A stretch of DNA of 63,512 nt, filler included, from Dimargaris cristalligena (GCA_003614675.1; 21 parts of 21 records of this genome joined end to end with filler, not necessarily neighbours in it); one strand, 5' to 3'. Shown: positions 22,957-36,415, numbered from the whole stretch's first letter. Notes: generated from the letters alone by a model not told the origin. Numbers and translations: made by a program.

Positions 22957-23915
22957 AAATTTTCCTTTAATTTTATTTATATTTCTATTGGTGGATGCAT
23001 GCTATCCCTATGATTGGATATACATATTCATACTTGATTACTAGTGGTTATTTGATTTTATTCTCTCTCTTCTCTCTCTTCTTTTTATTGGTTTTACTAT
23101 GTGAATTCATTATTTACTTTTTATTGGTTATGTAGGCTTACTTTCATTTTATTGGTTTTAATAATTCTCTACCTTATACAGAGAATGGCTTGGCGCTCTT
23201 GGCCATAGAGCCAAAAGTCTTGGCATCCTTTTGGATTAAATATGCACCATCAATGCAGTCGATCAGGTGATGCATGTAGGTGATTGGTACTTGCATTAGT
23301 ATGCATATTTTTGCATATAAGGGAAATTTTTCCCCTCTTTTTTTCTGTGTCAATTTCTTTGTGTTAAATTTTGGGTATCAATTTTCTTTCATCTTTCTTT
23401 TATAATAAAACTGCCTCTATAACTACTATGGATATTTGGGTTATATACTTCAAGTTGTGGTTGCTAGAGACTAACCTTTTGAGCTTCCAAACAAGTATTT
23501 TTCATATTGGATTACTTTGGTTAAAAACTTTATACAGTTAGTTTTATTAATATATTTTTCATTTAAGTGACAAACCAGTTCACCTGGAGAAGCCACCCTG
23601 CCCTTTTGATATATTTTTGTTGTTCTATTTATGGCTTAATACTACCACTCTGTGACACCATCAGCTGGGAGATGCCCCCATTGATGCCAGCACGACCTAA
23701 GCCAGTGGCTGCAATGCCCACACACACCCCCAGAGCTGGCAATTGATGGTCAAATCCTGCTGGTAATACATAAATGTTTAAATGATAAGGATATACTGTG
23801 CCTGAGTATACATCAGTAGATTGGACGACAATGGTTTTTTATTAGCTGAATTGACCATAATTGGTATGATTTTTAAGTAATCAAGAGGCAAATGCATTCA
23901 ATTAGGCTTAGTAAT

Positions 23916-24010
23916 TGTCAGCCCTTCTAATCCACCTTAATCCAGACAAAACAATCATCTGTCCCAACTCTGGCCATACAGTACCATATGTAACTTCCTA
24001 TAGTTTCCCC
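23916..24010 (+). mobile_element. Partial 5' copy of the solo-LTR family
   Basis: Begins TGTCAGCCCTTCTAATC exactly as at 56064; similarity runs about 95 bp. Confidence 0.7.
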
Positions 24011-25365
24011 CTGTGGTGAACTTACTACATTTTTACCTACTTTTATTTTTTATCTATTTTTTGTACTTATCGGAAGTATGCCCCTGATGAGTAAATAAGC
24101 CCCTGCCCCTGATGAGTATAGTTATTTTTCCTCCATTTTCATTAGTATAGTATTTTTTCTATTAGTATATTATATACCCTTGACTATGATACTCCCCTCC
24201 CTTTCCCTCTGCTTAGTTATCTTATGTTCTGGGACCTTCTCTCCCTTTCTCTATTATTCATCTATCTTTTTATTTAGGNNNNNNNNNNNNNNNNNNNNNN
24301 NNNNNNNNNNNNNNNNNNNNNNTTAATTAATTAANNNNNNNNNNNNNNNNNNNNNNNNNNNNNNNNNNNNNNNNNNNNGGAAGGCGCTAAGATCACCTAC
24401 GAGTGATTAGTGCGAACTCCGGGAGGCCTGGCTGGTTAAGGGGATATCAATGATGTTCGGCCTTGTTAGGGCTGGGGGGTACAATATGGTGCTATACGGC
24501 CTGATATGACGGCAGTCATATCGGTTAGATTAGGACAGATTAGGAGGGGTGACAGGAAACATTCACAAGAAAATCGGCATATCAATTGAAATTTGTTGAA
24601 ATTGCTGGAATGATTAATAGTGCCCAGTTTTGTCATGATAATCACTGAGTAAATTGATGGCCAGATACTGCAAGCTGATCACCAACATACTCATGGCACT
24701 ACACTAGCAACTGTCTCATTATTCTATCTACTCTTACTACAATACAGGTGATCATTTTTACTATCAACATTTGGAACTTATTGATTTATCTGACTGGCTT
24801 CACTCCCTTTTAACATGAAGATGGCCAACCGCAAATTATAGGGCAGTCAAATATAGTCTCTGGACCCCCAACATATTATTTTATAACTAAACAGGCTGAT
24901 TAAGGCAGTGAGAAATATATGAAATAACTGAAGGTGTCAAATCAGGCAGGTAAAGAAATAATACTATCAATCTCTAAAGTACAATATACTAATTACTATC
25001 ATATTCGAAAACATAGAATATTAGTCAGCTATTTGAGTGCTATATTTTATCACTTTTAGATAAAGTTCTAATCTTATGCTGTATGCTTAGGGCTCCTTTC
25101 CATATAAGCTCTACGTCAATATTTGAGCCGTTAGCTACTGTGCCGCAATTCCCTGTATTATATTTACCGCCTATAGAGAATAGAGCCATACCCACATAAC
25201 TGGCATTTAAGTAAATCACCAGTATAGAGTCGACCTACAGAAACCAAATAAAACTAAAATGAAAGTAATGATGCTTTTAGTTAAATTGCTGATCAAAAAT
25301 GAGATGGAAATAGGGGATGTATTAGTTAAAGGAAGGCAATGGTGCTTACCTAAGGCCCAAGTATT

Positions 25366-27112
25366 TTATTCATTTTGCGGCGCACCCATAATCTGATCCC
25401 AGTTAAAACGATTGGCCAAGCCATCTTTTAATAGAAGCTCATGTGTCTTGTCTTGTGAAAGCCACTGGATCTTGAGTGGGTCCATTTGCTCCAACCTCAG
25501 CATTTTCGTAGCGGTGGGTCGGTGTACCCGGAAGGCCAACTGGGGTTTGCGGTCTTCGGCGGTCTCGCGATAGAAATGAACGTGACCAAACGCACTTACA
25601 TCCTGATACGACCGAATAAGATGGGGTTGCGCAATAGATTGATCGTCTGGAAAGGCCCGGACCGCTTTGGTGAAACCGAATAGGCGGGCCATTGATTGAT
25701 TATAAGATCGATACAGGAGTAAACGTTTTGCCCAAACGTAATGTTCCATGGGACCGTACTCTAACAACAGAAATCCTATAAATTGAGCAATGTCTTGGGA
25801 AAAGAATTGCGAGTTGGGTACAGTTATTTCGGCCAGATCCTTCAGTTTGGTGAACTCCCCCCGGGCGGCCAGAACCGCAATGGCACCCCACAGGGGTTCC
25901 TGAACCACCGCATTGTGCAAGACCCTTTGCGAATCCAATCCGTATTGGGCTTTTACTTCACTGGTCAGCGTACGGATAGATTCGTCCTTATAAAAATCCA
26001 GCGCAGTATATATAGTTTCCAGATCTATTGTACTCTGGTACAGGTTCACTAAGATTTTGTGAATATTAGCAACGGACTGGGTGGCTAGGATCTCGACCAA
26101 CGGGAAAAGGGTCATTCGCTCCCGAGGGTCCAGCTTCTGGTATCGGATATACCCCCATTCGTTCTCGATGGTTTGGAGGTTGGTATGGAATGGCTTTAGG
26201 GTAGTAGCCAGACGATCCCGGAAACTGTTCCATTCCGCTGCACTGTAGACTTTACCTCGTTTATAATATTCACTATTAAACCGGTGGGAGCGTTCCATCC
26301 TATCATTGGCTTCCCTATGATTTCGAAACCAGCTATCTAATAACACGGAGCTCGCCAGCTGAACGGGTAGAAGTCGTTGAATGTCCCGGGAATTAATTGT
26401 GTCATCAATCAGTTGATTCGTTAACTAGTCAAATAAGAGCGGATAATCAAGCAAACATATATATATGGAGTAAGGTATAAAAGCCGTTTGGTTAATTTAG
26501 ATACCAGGGAGATGGGTTTGGTTAATCCACATAACTGCAAGGCGACATCTCAAACGGGACATCAAACAATATAGGGGAGCCAAGTCCCATGTGTCCCCTT
26601 ATACTGCGAACGTACTGGGGTGCAACAGTACCAAATGAATTGCTCCTTGGTGGTGTATGTTCCTACCATTATAAACAGATTCTCTCTAGAATACTTACTT
26701 CTTTAGCGGCTGTTTTCACATCGAAGTTCTTTGCCAACCCATTTAGGGCCCTGCAAGTAACCGAAAGACAGAACCGCTCTTCGCTATTTAAGTCCTTCCC
26801 AATCATATTATTTATTTCCAGGGGAATACCGGAAATTTTGGATAATCCGGTGCCTTGCTGGCTTTTGACGGCATGCGGTTCCTCGTGGCCGGATGCCTCA
26901 CGGCCGTTTCCGGGGTTGGCCCAAAATGAACGTGGTGGTAAATTCAATGGTAGCGAAGCCGATGGACTGGCGGGAAGACTGCTCGGGGTTTCGTCGGCCA
27001 CGGCGGATCTCTCGTTGGACGGTTCCCAGTCCATACTAGACCCGGGAAGGCAGGCGATGGAGTGGAGCAGGGCAAGACTCAAAAGAGGGATGGATACGAA
27101 GTGACGCGTCAT
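25366..27112 (-). CDS. Secreted F-box-like protein, family member B; exons 27112..26699 and 26358..25366, ~468 aa
   Basis: Signal-like MTRHFVSIPLLSLALLHSIAC/LP; F-box-like ISGIPLEINNMIGKDLNSEERFCLSVTCRALNGLA; phase-0 intron GTAAGT...TTCAG; 993-nt second exon homologous to member A. Confidence 0.8.
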
Positions 27113-27431
27113 TGTTAGCGGGGGCGATACAGCGTAATGGGTGGAGTGTAATTGTATACGTGTGAGTGGTAGATGAAGGCAGGTCGGCGGAAGTCGGACA
27201 GTAAATAATCGTTAAGTTCGAAATTCACCATGAAAACACTCACTGGGATGGAATATTCAAACTAAAAAAATAGCGGGGGGGGGGAGGGAGTGACCACGTC
27301 GCGAGGTTTAGTATATGTACCAAATTANNNNNNNNNNNNNNNNNNNNNNNNNNNNNNNNNNNNNNNNNNNNTTAATTAATTAANNNNNNNNNNNNNNNNN
27401 NNNNNNNNNNNNNNNNNNNNNNNNNNNGCCA

Positions 27432-27996
27432 CGCCCGTCTAGTCCCAATGCAATCCCTTCCGCTGGAAATACGAGTCTCCGAGTACATCGTTTCCCTTCG
27501 AATCGTTCCAATGAAATAGAGTCGGCAGAGGACCCTGATAAAAAATACATAAAGGGGGTGCCGATCAAAAGGCATTGAGAGAACGCACAGGACAGGAAAA
27601 TTCCGTGGAGCTAGGGGTATCTGCCCTCGCTCAATAACGCGCTGTCAGCCCAATAAAAATGATAGAACGATAATTAGCAGGGGGGTCTATTGGGTACATG
27701 GTGGGTGGTTTTCTGGTGAATCTCTCTGCCGTATGTGAAGATTATCCTTGTACAAAGACGGTTGGATCGTTGGGCGGAGGCTATGGGTTGATTGTTGACC
27801 GACCATGAGTCCAATCGGATACTGGGGATATATTCTTTGTTTCCGATTGCCCTCCTCCTACTCCTTGGCTGATGCTTACATCACTAAATCGACCGTTCCT
27901 GTAATCCCGAAATAGAGGGGAGGGGGAATAATAATAAAAGCACCCCTTTCATAATTGGATCAACAAGGGTTGCTTTGTTAACTCTAGGCGACTTTG
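27432..27996 (+). repeat. Left arm of a 565-bp inverted repeat (partner 29794-30358)
   Basis: CGCCCGTCTAGTCCC...GGCGACTTTG is the reverse complement of 29794-30358; mirrored ORFs appear at both ends in the ORF track. Confidence 0.95.
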
Positions 27997-28476
27997 GTTA
28001 AAATAGAGGCACTAATCTAGAAAACCAAGCCACCTCATTGTCAGAAGTAAATTTTAATAATCACACTAATATCGAGGCTAGTGGGGAATGCCGCTACTAC
28101 CAGGGATCCTTCACCATTTATTGATTAGTTCAAGCTATTATCTTGATTGTAGCGAGACCTTCAATAGATGGGGAGCATGGGAGCACCCAACTATTGGCGA
28201 TGGATTATCTCAAGGGGCGGGAAATCAAGCGATGACTTTGAATTCCGCTCTATTCACCAAATTTATATAAATATCGTAATCTCCCACACCATTAACTTCC
28301 TATCATCAACCACATCATCTATACCAACCCCATTACCACATTCCCTTTTGTTCATTTCCGCCCTGCTTCCCCATTATCTTGCACATTGTTTTCAAACAGC
28401 CGACATCCCCACACCCACCTTTATTATAACCTCCTTCTCCTCTCACCCTCGCGCCCACCCTCTCTGCCTCATCATC

Positions 28477-28734
28477 ATGCGTTTCGCTATTATCACTCTC
28501 ACTACGCTGACCGCTATTGCCTCGGTTCTCGCCCACTCGCTCGATAGCCATGAACACCGCACTCCCATTAGCCAACATCTTGTGCGTCGCACACCCCTAA
28601 ATAACAAAAGCATGTTGGGGGGAACAACCATCGAACAGCGGAAGATTGCCTTAAGTCAAAGTGTCAATAAAGAGGTTACAAAGACCCCCGTAAAGGTCAA
28701 TCCTGCTAAAAATCGGAGTCCTGGCAGTTCTTAA
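28477..28734 (+). CDS. Small secreted protein (85 aa) with a putative Kex2 site
   Basis: Signal MRFAIITLTTLTAIASVLA, pro-region ending HLVRR, then a Lys-rich mature part. ATCATCATG context and TATATAAA upstream. Confidence 0.6.
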   Translation: MRFAIITLTTLTAIASVLAHSLDSHEHRTPISQHLVRRTPLNNKSMLGGTTIEQRKIALSQSVNKEVTKTPVKVNPAKNRSPGSS

Positions 28735-29793
28735 ATCGACCAAGGGATGTCGATGAAGGAGGCCAAGATGAGGGTAGGGGCAAAACTCGGGGACCCTATT
28801 CAAAAAGCCCTATTGGCAAGCCAAAATACTAGGAGTCAATAAAGCTTAGAACTAGACAGTTGCATCTGGTCGCACCTAGCTAAAGGAGACCATTGTCTGA
28901 GTGTTCTACGGCTCCAATACATATTGGCTGGCAAAATTCCATTACATTATCCACTCCCTGAACTTGTTTATTGACTACTCTGATTATACTCCACATCTAT
29001 CCCCATACCATCTGATTTTTACCATTTCTCATGTGATGACTCAATAAATTATGCATATTTGACTTTGATGGTCCATTTATCAGTGGGCCCAAACATGGCT
29101 TAGTTTGGCATGTACCCAGGTCTATTTCAGAATCCACAGGAGAGCATTTTATTCAACTTTAGGCCATTCCGGCGCTTAAAGTCTGCGTTCCTAGTACAAC
29201 TTTCTATATTTGGATTTGCATCCTGTTACGCCTAATTTTGCAATTACTTGGCAAGAGAGGGTTTTTCGATTTATCTACTATACATGGCCTTTTATTTGGC
29301 GCTTTGGACCGGATAGCTTACAACAGTATTTGTGTAGTATCCCATGTGCTGTAGATATAAGGAATGCTGAATACTCTGTTGGATGAAGTGGTTGAATGGG
29401 AATTGGCCTTAGTAGATACCAGTCGAACTTTATGGTCTTCAGCCATATCGGATAGAGAATAATATAATATAAAATCTGATTGAATTGCAGACGGAATAGA
29501 TTGGAGCGAATAGGGAATTGGTGCCTGTCCTAAATAGCCCGATTCAATATAAATATGGTTATGAGGAGATGGGTAACCAGGAACTTGATAATACTAACCG
29601 ACAAGTCTCTTAATTAAGATATTACCCTAAGATGGCGTTCTGAGTTATGCAGATGCATTTGTGTAGTGCTGCAAAGTGCAGAATTGGGAAAGTTTATTCG
29701 TTATCCCTTTTACTTGTTTATATACTTCCCGATATTCTCCCCTAGTTCATATAGTGTTGCATATTATGGGGTTCGGGAAGCCTTTTCTCCTAT

Positions 29794-30358
29794 CAAAGTC
29801 GCCTAGAGTTAACAAAGCAACCCTTGTTGATCCAATTATGAAAGGGGTGCTTTTATTATTATTCCCCCTCCCCTCTATTTCGGGATTACAGGAACGGTCG
29901 ATTTAGTGATGTAAGCATCAGCCAAGGAGTAGGAGGAGGGCAATCGGAAACAAAGAATATATCCCCAGTATCCGATTGGACTCATGGTCGGTCAACAATC
30001 AACCCATAGCCTCCGCCCAACGATCCAACCGTCTTTGTACAAGGATAATCTTCACATACGGCAGAGAGATTCACCAGAAAACCACCCACCATGTACCCAA
30101 TAGACCCCCCTGCTAATTATCGTTCTATCATTTTTATTGGGCTGACAGCGCGTTATTGAGCGAGGGCAGATACCCCTAGCTCCACGGAATTTTCCTGTCC
30201 TGTGCGTTCTCTCAATGCCTTTTGATCGGCACCCCCTTTATGTATTTTTTATCAGGGTCCTCTGCCGACTCTATTTCATTGGAACGATTCGAAGGGAAAC
30301 GATGTACTCGGAGACTCGTATTTCCAGCGGAAGGGATTGCATTGGGACTAGACGGGCG
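29794..30358 (-). repeat. Right arm of the 565-bp inverted repeat
   Basis: Reverse complement of 27432-27996. Confidence 0.95.
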
Positions 30359-33300
30359 CCGTCCNNNNNNNNNNNNNNNNNNNNNNNNNNNNNNNNNNNN
30401 NNNNNNNNTTAATTAATTAANNNNNNNNNNNNNNNNNNNNNNNNNNNNNNNNNNNNNNNNNNNNCGCTGGTAGCGCAGTATCTAACATTACATATTGCTT
30501 AATCATATCGCACACGATACTAATTGTCCATAACCGCCATCTATAAGTCATAAGCCAATATCTAGTAAATCATTATAAACCTAAATTGGCCTCCATCTGC
30601 GGCTTGTAATTATGATCTATTCGGTTTTGCAATCATCGGAATCCAATAATTATTTCAGTAACATTGCTGGCTGTGGTGGTAATATAAAAGGTGTTGCACA
30701 AGTAAAAGTATTGGCCCACATGTGACTTGCCACTAGATATCGGTTAACACAGAGTTGGGTTTGGGGATGTAAATAAGGCCCACCTGCCAGTAGTGAAATT
30801 GGAACCTGACTGGGAAAACCATTGAGGATAGCTGGGTAGTTTAGATAAGGGAAGGCTGGATATGCAGGTAGAGTATAGCAGTTACAAGTAGATCAATTTG
30901 GAAAGAACTGCAGCTAATAAAATCTATATATTTTTAACTTCCGCCCTGCCTTAGCTATGCAGAAATAAATTGATTTACTCAAATAGTAGAGGTAAACCCT
31001 GAGTACATCCCGTAATTTGACTTACCAATATGCTAATCCAATAACTTTACTATAAATACCCAATGGTGTTCCTCCTTAATATATCAGTCAATTATCTAAT
31101 GTCTTAAAATATCTGTTAACAATAAATATATTCTACACTTTGTGTGTATTAATAATGATGCTTATATGATCATTAAACCCTCATAGTTTAGCTGAAATTT
31201 GAGCCAACTCTATAAGATTATAAGTGATACATGTGTAGGAAAATAGATGGGATACTTATTTTTAACCAGTAGTATATACCTTATATAACATATTTTTCAC
31301 TATATAGTCTGTGTGAACTTCTCCCATTAGGTAATTTAATTGGATATTAGTGTATATAGATGGCTGATTATCTGGTCTATTTGGATGGAATGGAACTTAA
31401 TATCTCCTTTACACTTAATGATCATAATTAGTATAGTTGAAATGGTGCCCCATAACCCCAGGTAATATATGCTATAGTCAGGTATAATATGTTCTGGGGC
31501 TGAATAAATTACCAGTCACTCTTGTGATTTACAATAGTACCCACTATAAGCAAATAGGTTGACCATCAGGAGCATTGTACTAACTACTGCCAATGCATCT
31601 GCTTTGTCATACACATGTAATACTAGGTAATGCAGAATGTCCATTGAAATAGCCCAGGAAGACCCGGAAATGGAAGAGTGCATAATTCGTTCCGATGCAA
31701 TTAAGGCCACTTTAGGCAACACTGGTGTTCCTCCAAGCTGAATCAAATTGTCAAATTGGCAGACTAGTTGAGGGCCAGTGTATCACACTATTATTACAGT
31801 TATGAGGGAGGGCAAAAAGGAGGCAAAGAAGGAATGGCTTATTTTAGTATACTGTGGTAATTGCCCCAAGCATTACCTAGAAGGCCAAGGCTGGTATTTT
31901 AATATTCAGTACCATTATTCTTGTGTGGGCTATGTAGCCCGTAACAAAGTCCATTGCTACTTAAATGGCAATAAAATCATGAGTGCGCCGTATAACTCTG
32001 ACGCATTGCAGCAGCTAGCAGGTATTATTATGGAAAATCAATAACCCTGTTTTAAATAAATCTTTTATATGCACATCGTATTTGTAGAGGTAACTTACAT
32101 AAGCCTAATGGGGTATATATCGGCAGTGGGGTGTCGGTCTCGTTTATTTAAAAAGCGGTAAATATGAGGGTTTTGAAAAAGAGTAGTGCAAAGTTCGATA
32201 TTATTAAGAAGCATTGGAAGTTCTAGTAAATTGAGGGGATTAAGAAGCTTGGCTGATGGTTATTTATATGGCCAATATTAATCCAGAAATAGGTGTAAGT
32301 AGGCGTCCGTAAAACATGGTTAAGGAACCCTCGGGGGCCAAATTCCTTGTTGTACATCAACATCTCGCCCATGGGATGGTGGTGGGTAACTAGTAGAGGT
32401 TAGCCCAGGGTTATTAAACTTCATTGACCAGGTTAATGTAAGAACAGACTCTAGTCGAGTTGTAGATGGCTATAGTGTACCCTAGAAATCTAAAGGTATG
32501 TCCAGGGCTGGGGCCACAGATATATCAACATAATCAAGGGGAGTTGAATGTTTGTGGTAGCCAGGGTTGGTCCCTGAAATGGTCGAAAGTGTAGCAACAC
32601 CCTCTATAGCCCTATTAATGTGGTAACCATAGTCAGTGCCTGTCATAACCTAAAAGTGCCTTTGCTTATATTCTCTTGATTTTACCTATTAAAGCAAACG
32701 TTTTTATGCTCATTAACTGAAAATAAGCGTATATCAACGCTATATTTCATCTCCCTCATATTTCTATTCCCCGTGCCAATTAACGGTTTATAATCCTATA
32801 TCCCCTCTGTTTATATTCACCATATTCCCCGCCATTTCGTACCAACTCTGGGTAATCAACTTCGCCCACGCACTTACTGTTTAGCCCAGAACCACATTTT
32901 CCCCACTGCCGCCTCGTCTAGTTTTCAATCCCTCCTCACTACTTCAATCAATGCCGACATGTGTATCTAGTTTGCTGCTGTGCTGCTATTATCGGCCATT
33001 CTGGAACTCCAGTTCCTCGCTATTGCCCATAATTAAGGAATCCATAAATATTTCAAATGTAAGTTTGGACAATGTTTCAGATATAACTCTGGCCTCCCCT
33101 TTGGTAGATTTCAGCAAAGGCCGTGTATATTTCCCAAAATGTGGGTATCCAATGCACTATTATTGCAAAAGCCAACACATTTGTTGTAAGGTGCAACATG
33201 GACCACAGGATATCACAGCCAGCCTCTTGGGTTGGTAATTAGCTTGGCTTATGAAATGAAATAGGGCCATTGGCCAGGCCTCGAACTCAACAAGTTGCGA

Positions 33301-33494
33301 CCATTCCTATTACCAGTAAGTTACGTTCTAATGGTTCTCATGGCACCCTTTCCTTCAACTTAGCTCGGAAGTTCTTCATATTCTTATTGCTAATNNNNNN
33401 NNNNNNNNNNNNNNNNNNNNNNNNNNNNNNNNNNNNNNTTAATTAATTAANNNNNNNNNNNNNNNNNNNNNNNNNNNNNNNNNNNNNNNNNNNN

Positions 33495-33907
33495 CCATCG
33501 TCCGACTTACGATAGAATAGCCCGTATATCTTGCAGGAATCACGACTATAGGAGTCTAGACGGCCAATTTCGCGAAGCTTATCGGCAAGTCTGCCGTTTT
33601 CGATAAACTTGGCTGTGTCCTTCATGCGCTTACAGAGATTTTGAGCGATTTGAATCGAACCGGCGGTAGTCATCATGGAATGGCCTATCATGCTGGTATC
33701 GAGCTTGAGTTTCGCGCGGGCTGCGAAATCTCTGGCCCGTGCCCGCGTACCTAATGGGTTTTGCAACGCGCCACCCTGTTCACCAAACTCGGTTACATTG
33801 GACAGGTAGGAGGAGACTCTGCGGGGATTGGGCGGGCTGGTTTGAACAGAGACAGTACCAGTCACCATATAGAAAACTACAAGCGTAAGATAGGTTGTGA
33901 TGCGCAT
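33495..33907 (-). CDS. Secreted hypothetical protein, 5' part (truncated at contig end)
   Basis: Signal-like MRITTYLTLVVFYMVTGTVS; ORF open to the contig edge; TATAAAA upstream on the minus strand. Confidence 0.55.
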
Positions 33908-35083
33908 ACTGGATACCGGCCAATTGAAGTGGATAGGAAAGCTGTAGATGGTTGAGGATATAGACTAGAAACATATAGAGGTAGTAAATATAAATAAGTA
34001 AAGCCCAGTTTAGCCATACATAAGACAATGCCAGATAGATAAGCTACTCATAAACGGCTGGAAACAAGAGGTCATTTTATACCTCACCATTCCCCACCGA
34101 CAATCCACTTTTAGGTGGCGCCCTACTTGGGTTATTCCGGATCCCCTATGGATAAAACTATGGAAAAATTAAAACATGGCCTATTCGGAATACTAATCAA
34201 TGATAGGGTTGTACGGTGGGGTCACCTTAAGTGTAACTCCAGAAACAACGGCAGAACCCTTCTCGACCCAATCCGTGGCCTTTTACGGGGTTACAGCATA
34301 TAGTTATGCGACCCCTCCTCTCTTCACATCGGCAACTTATATCCATGCCATTGATTTTCCGGTTATTTGAAGTAAGACGAGCCTCCCCAGCGGAGGGTAG
34401 TACCAACAGCCTGGTATCACTGTCGAATAAAAAGGTCTACATGGTCAGGGGGGCGCATTACACTTGCCAAAGTGCCAACTAGTCAATGTCAACCAAAGTC
34501 CAGCATGCCTGATCAATCGGGACATAATTATAAAGCCGTAGTTGCAAAGTTTTGTGCTCCGCGAGGGAAAACCAGCTTCCTTAGGGATGCCCGAATACCC
34601 TTATATCATCCGCTGCCTGGGGTAAATAAATGAGGAAAGGAATGAGAGGCCACATCCATTCGGTGACTATTATATGGTTAATTGGCATCAAATATATACA
34701 ACTTGTGACGTTAAAGGTATAGCCACTAGGCCTACGTTTAAATAGATATCACCATCTCTTTCTAGAGGTGGAATTCAAAGAATCGGATTATTGAGCGGAG
34801 CGGACGAGTCAGTTATTACGGACTAGCGTAAGCGTGTAGTCTACTTGATCACTCAGCGGGTGCAATCTGGCAAAAGGATCGGCTTCCCACATTAACGGCT
34901 GTTGCGAGCTACCGCCACATCCATAGCCGCTCGGGGACTCCTCTTTCTTATCTGTAGGTTGGTCTTCTCAAAATACCCATGCACCAGCCGCCGGGAGTGA
35001 TTAGAGGGTACTATGTATGTGACATGAGGAATCATTAGCCTCATAAGCTACGTAATATAATGGGCCGGCCTGGTCGACGAAGA

Positions 35084-35227
35084 ATATGGGTGAACTTCAA
35101 ACCAGCTGTACAAGGTTTTACATAATAGGTGTATGGGCGAATATATGTGAGAATAGCTTTAAACCAGTAATATTGGCCGCATCCAATGGATTTTTCATTA
35201 TACAGCCTGAATGAACTTCTCCCATAT
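35084..35227 (+). mobile_element. MITE-like element (144 bp), full copy; partial copies near 6053-6124, 21155-21220, 22198-22230, 31301-31328, 48226-48255, 55851-55898, 63345-63375
   Basis: Left end ATATGGGTGAACTTCAAACCAGCTGTACAA versus reverse-complemented right end ATATGGGAGAAGTTCATTCAGGCTGTATAA; no coding capacity. Confidence 0.72.
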
Positions 35228-35520
35228 ATACGATTTGGAAGAGCAGGAACATCGATGGCGCATAAGGTGGAAGACATCCACCAACTTGGCCCTACAATAG
35301 ACTTATTAAATTCAACGGGGCTGGCTCGACACGGGTGTGCAATGTTTTACTCGGATGGATCGTGAAGAGTAGGGGGCAGGGAGTATGATGGGGTGTTCTT
35401 TCTACAGTGCCACCACATTATCAAGATGTTATGTGTTCATGTTTCAGCCGCCACGCCTTCCCCAAATTACCCAACCCCACTTGTATTGAAGTAGGTGCAC
35501 TGCAAAAGGAGGGGGGAATG

Positions 35521-35567
35521 TACAATGCAATACAATACAATACAATACAATACAATACAATACAATA
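35521..35567 (+). repeat. (TACAA)n pentanucleotide microsatellite
   Basis: About nine tandem TACAA units. Confidence 0.9.
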
Positions 35568-36198
35568 AAGAGGCTGGCCTGATCTGGAGATTGCCATTAA
35601 TTAGCCGAGTTATTAGTAAGAAGGTGTGATTCGGCACGGGGAAACAAATGGTATGAGAGGCTAATGGGATATAAAATACTAAGGGGCTCAAGAGAAAGTC
35701 CCACGGCCGGGCCAGTCGCGTTTGTTCCCGTGGCCTCTCTTCTTCCTTTCCCATCCATTGGGGAACACTCATGGGTGTTTGATTATAACTCAAAGGCCTT
35801 CCTTGGGTTCGCGCCGTCTAGGTGGTAGTGATAGTCTATAATAATAATAATAATAGCTACCCGTGTTTCTTGCCGGGCTGTGCTTACCACCACCTCCTCC
35901 TTATACACACATTTGTCCCCGCCTAAATTCATTTACAACTACCCCCATTAATTATATATACATATATAAATATATATACATTACCCGGTTACACCATCCC
36001 TTTCCTCCGTTGTATTCCATTGTCGCCCTCCACCCCGTACAGGTCATTCAGCCACTGCTGCTTTCCACTTGGCTTGGTGCTTTACGACCAAGTCAGTGGC
36101 CCCTCACTGCCCACCCCCTTCCCGAACCCCCTCGGCCGTTGCTTATGGGCCCGACCCGACTCGGTTACTGAATATTGTTAACGAACACCCGCCCTCTC

Positions 36199-36415
36199 AT
36201 GGCTGACCCGGAAGTGCCCCCGCTGGATACCCCAAGTCCTGGTACCCCTCCCCCTAAGTCACCCACCCTGACCCCCTCGCTGCCTTCCGAACCCCAGGTC
36301 GAACCTTTGGTAGACCTCACGCCTCGCTCCCCTTCCGCCACCGCTTACTCCTTTGACGGCCAGTCTCTGCGCCGCCGCAATATCTCTTCCGCCATTGAGC
36401 GCCTGCGCTCGGCCC
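36199..36415 (+). CDS. Possible 5' fragment of a Pro/Ser-rich protein (unidentified)
   Basis: GC-rich ORF MADPEVPPLDTPSPG...RRRNISSAIERLRS, open to the contig end. Confidence 0.4.

Noticed and set aside
30465-33394. Short ORFs in this contig and in 42553-44800 and 57606-60509
   Set aside because: No convincing coding signal or family motif. The possible exon at 60360-60442 and the signal-like relic near 32960 are too weak to call.
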